A DNA stretch of 64,000 nt from Eledone cirrhosa (Eukaryota). The stretch is taken from assembly GCA_964016885.1 (NCBI GenBank), contig OZ024740.1, positions 120,466,001 to 120,530,000 of the forward strand. The letters run 5' to 3'. The notes beneath the pieces are model-generated. The model was given only the letters and a program-made list of their open reading frames with translations. It was not told where the DNA came from and ran no database searches. The translations under genes were made by a program, and so were the position numbers. Of the stretch, positions 61,793 through 64,000 are shown piece after piece; position 1 is the first letter of the stretch; each line of letters begins with the position of its first letter.

Positions 61793-64000
61793 ACTCACAG
61801 TAACAAAGCCAATTGGAACATAATTAACAATATTCCATAGTATAATAGTTTACAGGGTTCAACTAGCAATAACAATTTCTGATCAAAATTATTATAGTAA
61901 TTTTAGTATATAAAATAGCTTAGTATAATGATTGTATAATGATTTGTATGAAGTTAATGCTACTGATTAGGAAGAGCCCGTTCCACTTTGATAAATCCAC
62001 AAAACATATGTTATCACATTACAGATCCATCACATCGAATATGCATGTTTGAATGTTAGACAAAAGCGAATGGATAATTTGTCATGTGTCCTATTTATTT
62101 AAAAGACAACTGCTAATATAATGCTATATATTGAGGATGTATACATCCATGTTATTTAATACATAATGAATTTAATGTTAATTTATAAGAAAATCTTTTT
62201 TTCTTTTTCTGTGGGGACGTTTTGAAGACTTGACACTGAATCTTGAAGAATGAAAGAATGAGAATAAAGTAATTTCAATTGTTAAGAGATTTTTCATTTG
62301 AAATTCAAGTTGTAGATAAATACAAAATATATATAAATAGTAAGGACTGGTAACATAATAAATGCCAAGCAGACTGATATCAACGGACGTTTTCTAAAGG
62401 CCAAACCTATTATAGGATGTAGTGAATTGATGATCCCTTATTTCAACTGATAACAAATAATGCAGTGATGGTCCTGGGACTAAGCAAAATAAGAGAGAAG
62501 GGAAAAATACACGAAATAATTCTGATATTTAAAGAAGTAATATATATATTAAAATGAGTTCTTTTAAAGATTCTGAGAGATAATAAATGATAATGGCAGT
62601 AGGAAAATTAACATCTGCAATACCAAATTTAGAAGAGATATAATAAAATGTAACTAAATGTAACTAAAATGTGGCACATCTAAGATGATACTGGGTGATA
62701 ATAAGAAAGAGAACTAATTATTTTCGTCAGCACCATATTAAAGAAACAATTGAATACAATTGTTCACTGACCAAATTAAATCTTTCATGACCATGTTGCT
62801 AATGAAATACACTATGTTTCCATTAATTCATGAAGAATTTGGCGGGATTTACTACACTTATTGTTTCATTATCAAAATGGTATTTGTGACAGAACTTAAA
62901 CAAATTCCAAGATCCGATTCATTTAAAATAGATGGGTTTTCTTTTTCATAGAATAAAAAGCGGTTTTGTGTAAGTTGGTATCAAAAGTGTTAATATGGAT
63001 TATAGAAAGGAATATACAAAGAAATTGATTATAGGAGGGGGGCTATTCTCACTTAAAAGACTAATAATAATAGACTCAAGTATTTGAATTTTAGTAGAGC
63101 TTTTTTTCTTTTCTTCAACAGATATCACATCGATGTAAGCAATTCTCAATGCACACAAACAAAATAGATATCAAACTAAACTATGTTAAAGTGGGTATTT
63201 TAGCAATGTTAATCCACCCAGATTTTGACGTCCTAAAATTTAAGAGTAAATCTATGGCATTGCTATTGAAAAATATCCCTAATTCTGACTAGATTTTAAA
63301 GGTTTTTCATTCATTTTTCTTATATCTTTATAGATTCATGATTTCAATGATTTGCATAAATTGTGAGTTTATGGTACATATATATATATAAAATGTGATA
63401 TTTTTATATGATTATATTTTCAGTTATCTTATCGCCCCCATCACTAACAGCATAACACAACAAAATGACATCACTATAACACCAAATTCTTACACACCTC
63501 CCAATTTATGCAATTGTAACATATTTATATATAATACAATTATTGTCTGTCATTAGAATATAACACTAATTGTATATTGTGTAAAATTAGAAAGGGCTTC
63601 CAGGCATATAAACCATACTAAACAAAGGATTGAGGGCTCTATTCAATAATGTCAAGAACGTAATGATCTTCCTATTTCTGGTGACACAATATAATGTACC
63701 TAGCCCACTCTGGATAATGGTGAGTTTTAGGAAGAGCTGTAGAAACCATGTCAAAACCAGAATGAATGTCAACAAGGCATTGCCTTCTGACATATGAAAA
63801 GACAGAAGCTCTGATTAAATCCTTACTTGGTTTGTAATAACTCACATAACACATGTATTATACTGAAATGGACATACAGTATATAATTGCATTCTCAGTT
63901 GCACACTCTGTATTTATACAGAGTCTTAACGTTTCGGATGCTAGTCATTCATTAGAAAATAGTATGAGAAATTAAAGAATAAATAGAAAGATTGAGGAGA

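Overview
AT-rich eukaryotic (animal) DNA, almost entirely repeats. The tRNA-headed SINEs, RTE LINEs with (GAT)n tails and huge TA/TACA microsatellites resemble octopod cephalopod genomes (inference). No host gene is firmly identified; there are only a few candidate micro-exons. Main contents: (1) two young RTE LINE subfamilies with a PHD-type C4HC3 finger inserted after the RT core, plus older RTE remnants and partner SINEs; (2) a very recent ~8.6-kb Penelope-like element (PLE) insertion at 36.57-45.19 kb, with an intact ~1265-aa RT + GIY-YIG ORF, a partial tandem copy and a 2.16-kb near-perfect inverted copy, each pseudo-LTR carrying a minimal type I hammerhead ribozyme (HHR) motif; (3) the most striking signal, about ten small non-coding elements of several unrelated families, inserted in (TA)n tracts, each carrying a type I HHR motif (stem I-CUGANGA-stem II-GAAA-short or palindromic stem III-UH-stem I'). 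They occur as fold-back palindromes or as a 470-nt partial tandem (retrozyme-like). Together these suggest a PLE/retrozyme system targeting TA microsatellites. All ribozyme calls are by-eye motif and pairing analysis; activity is untested.
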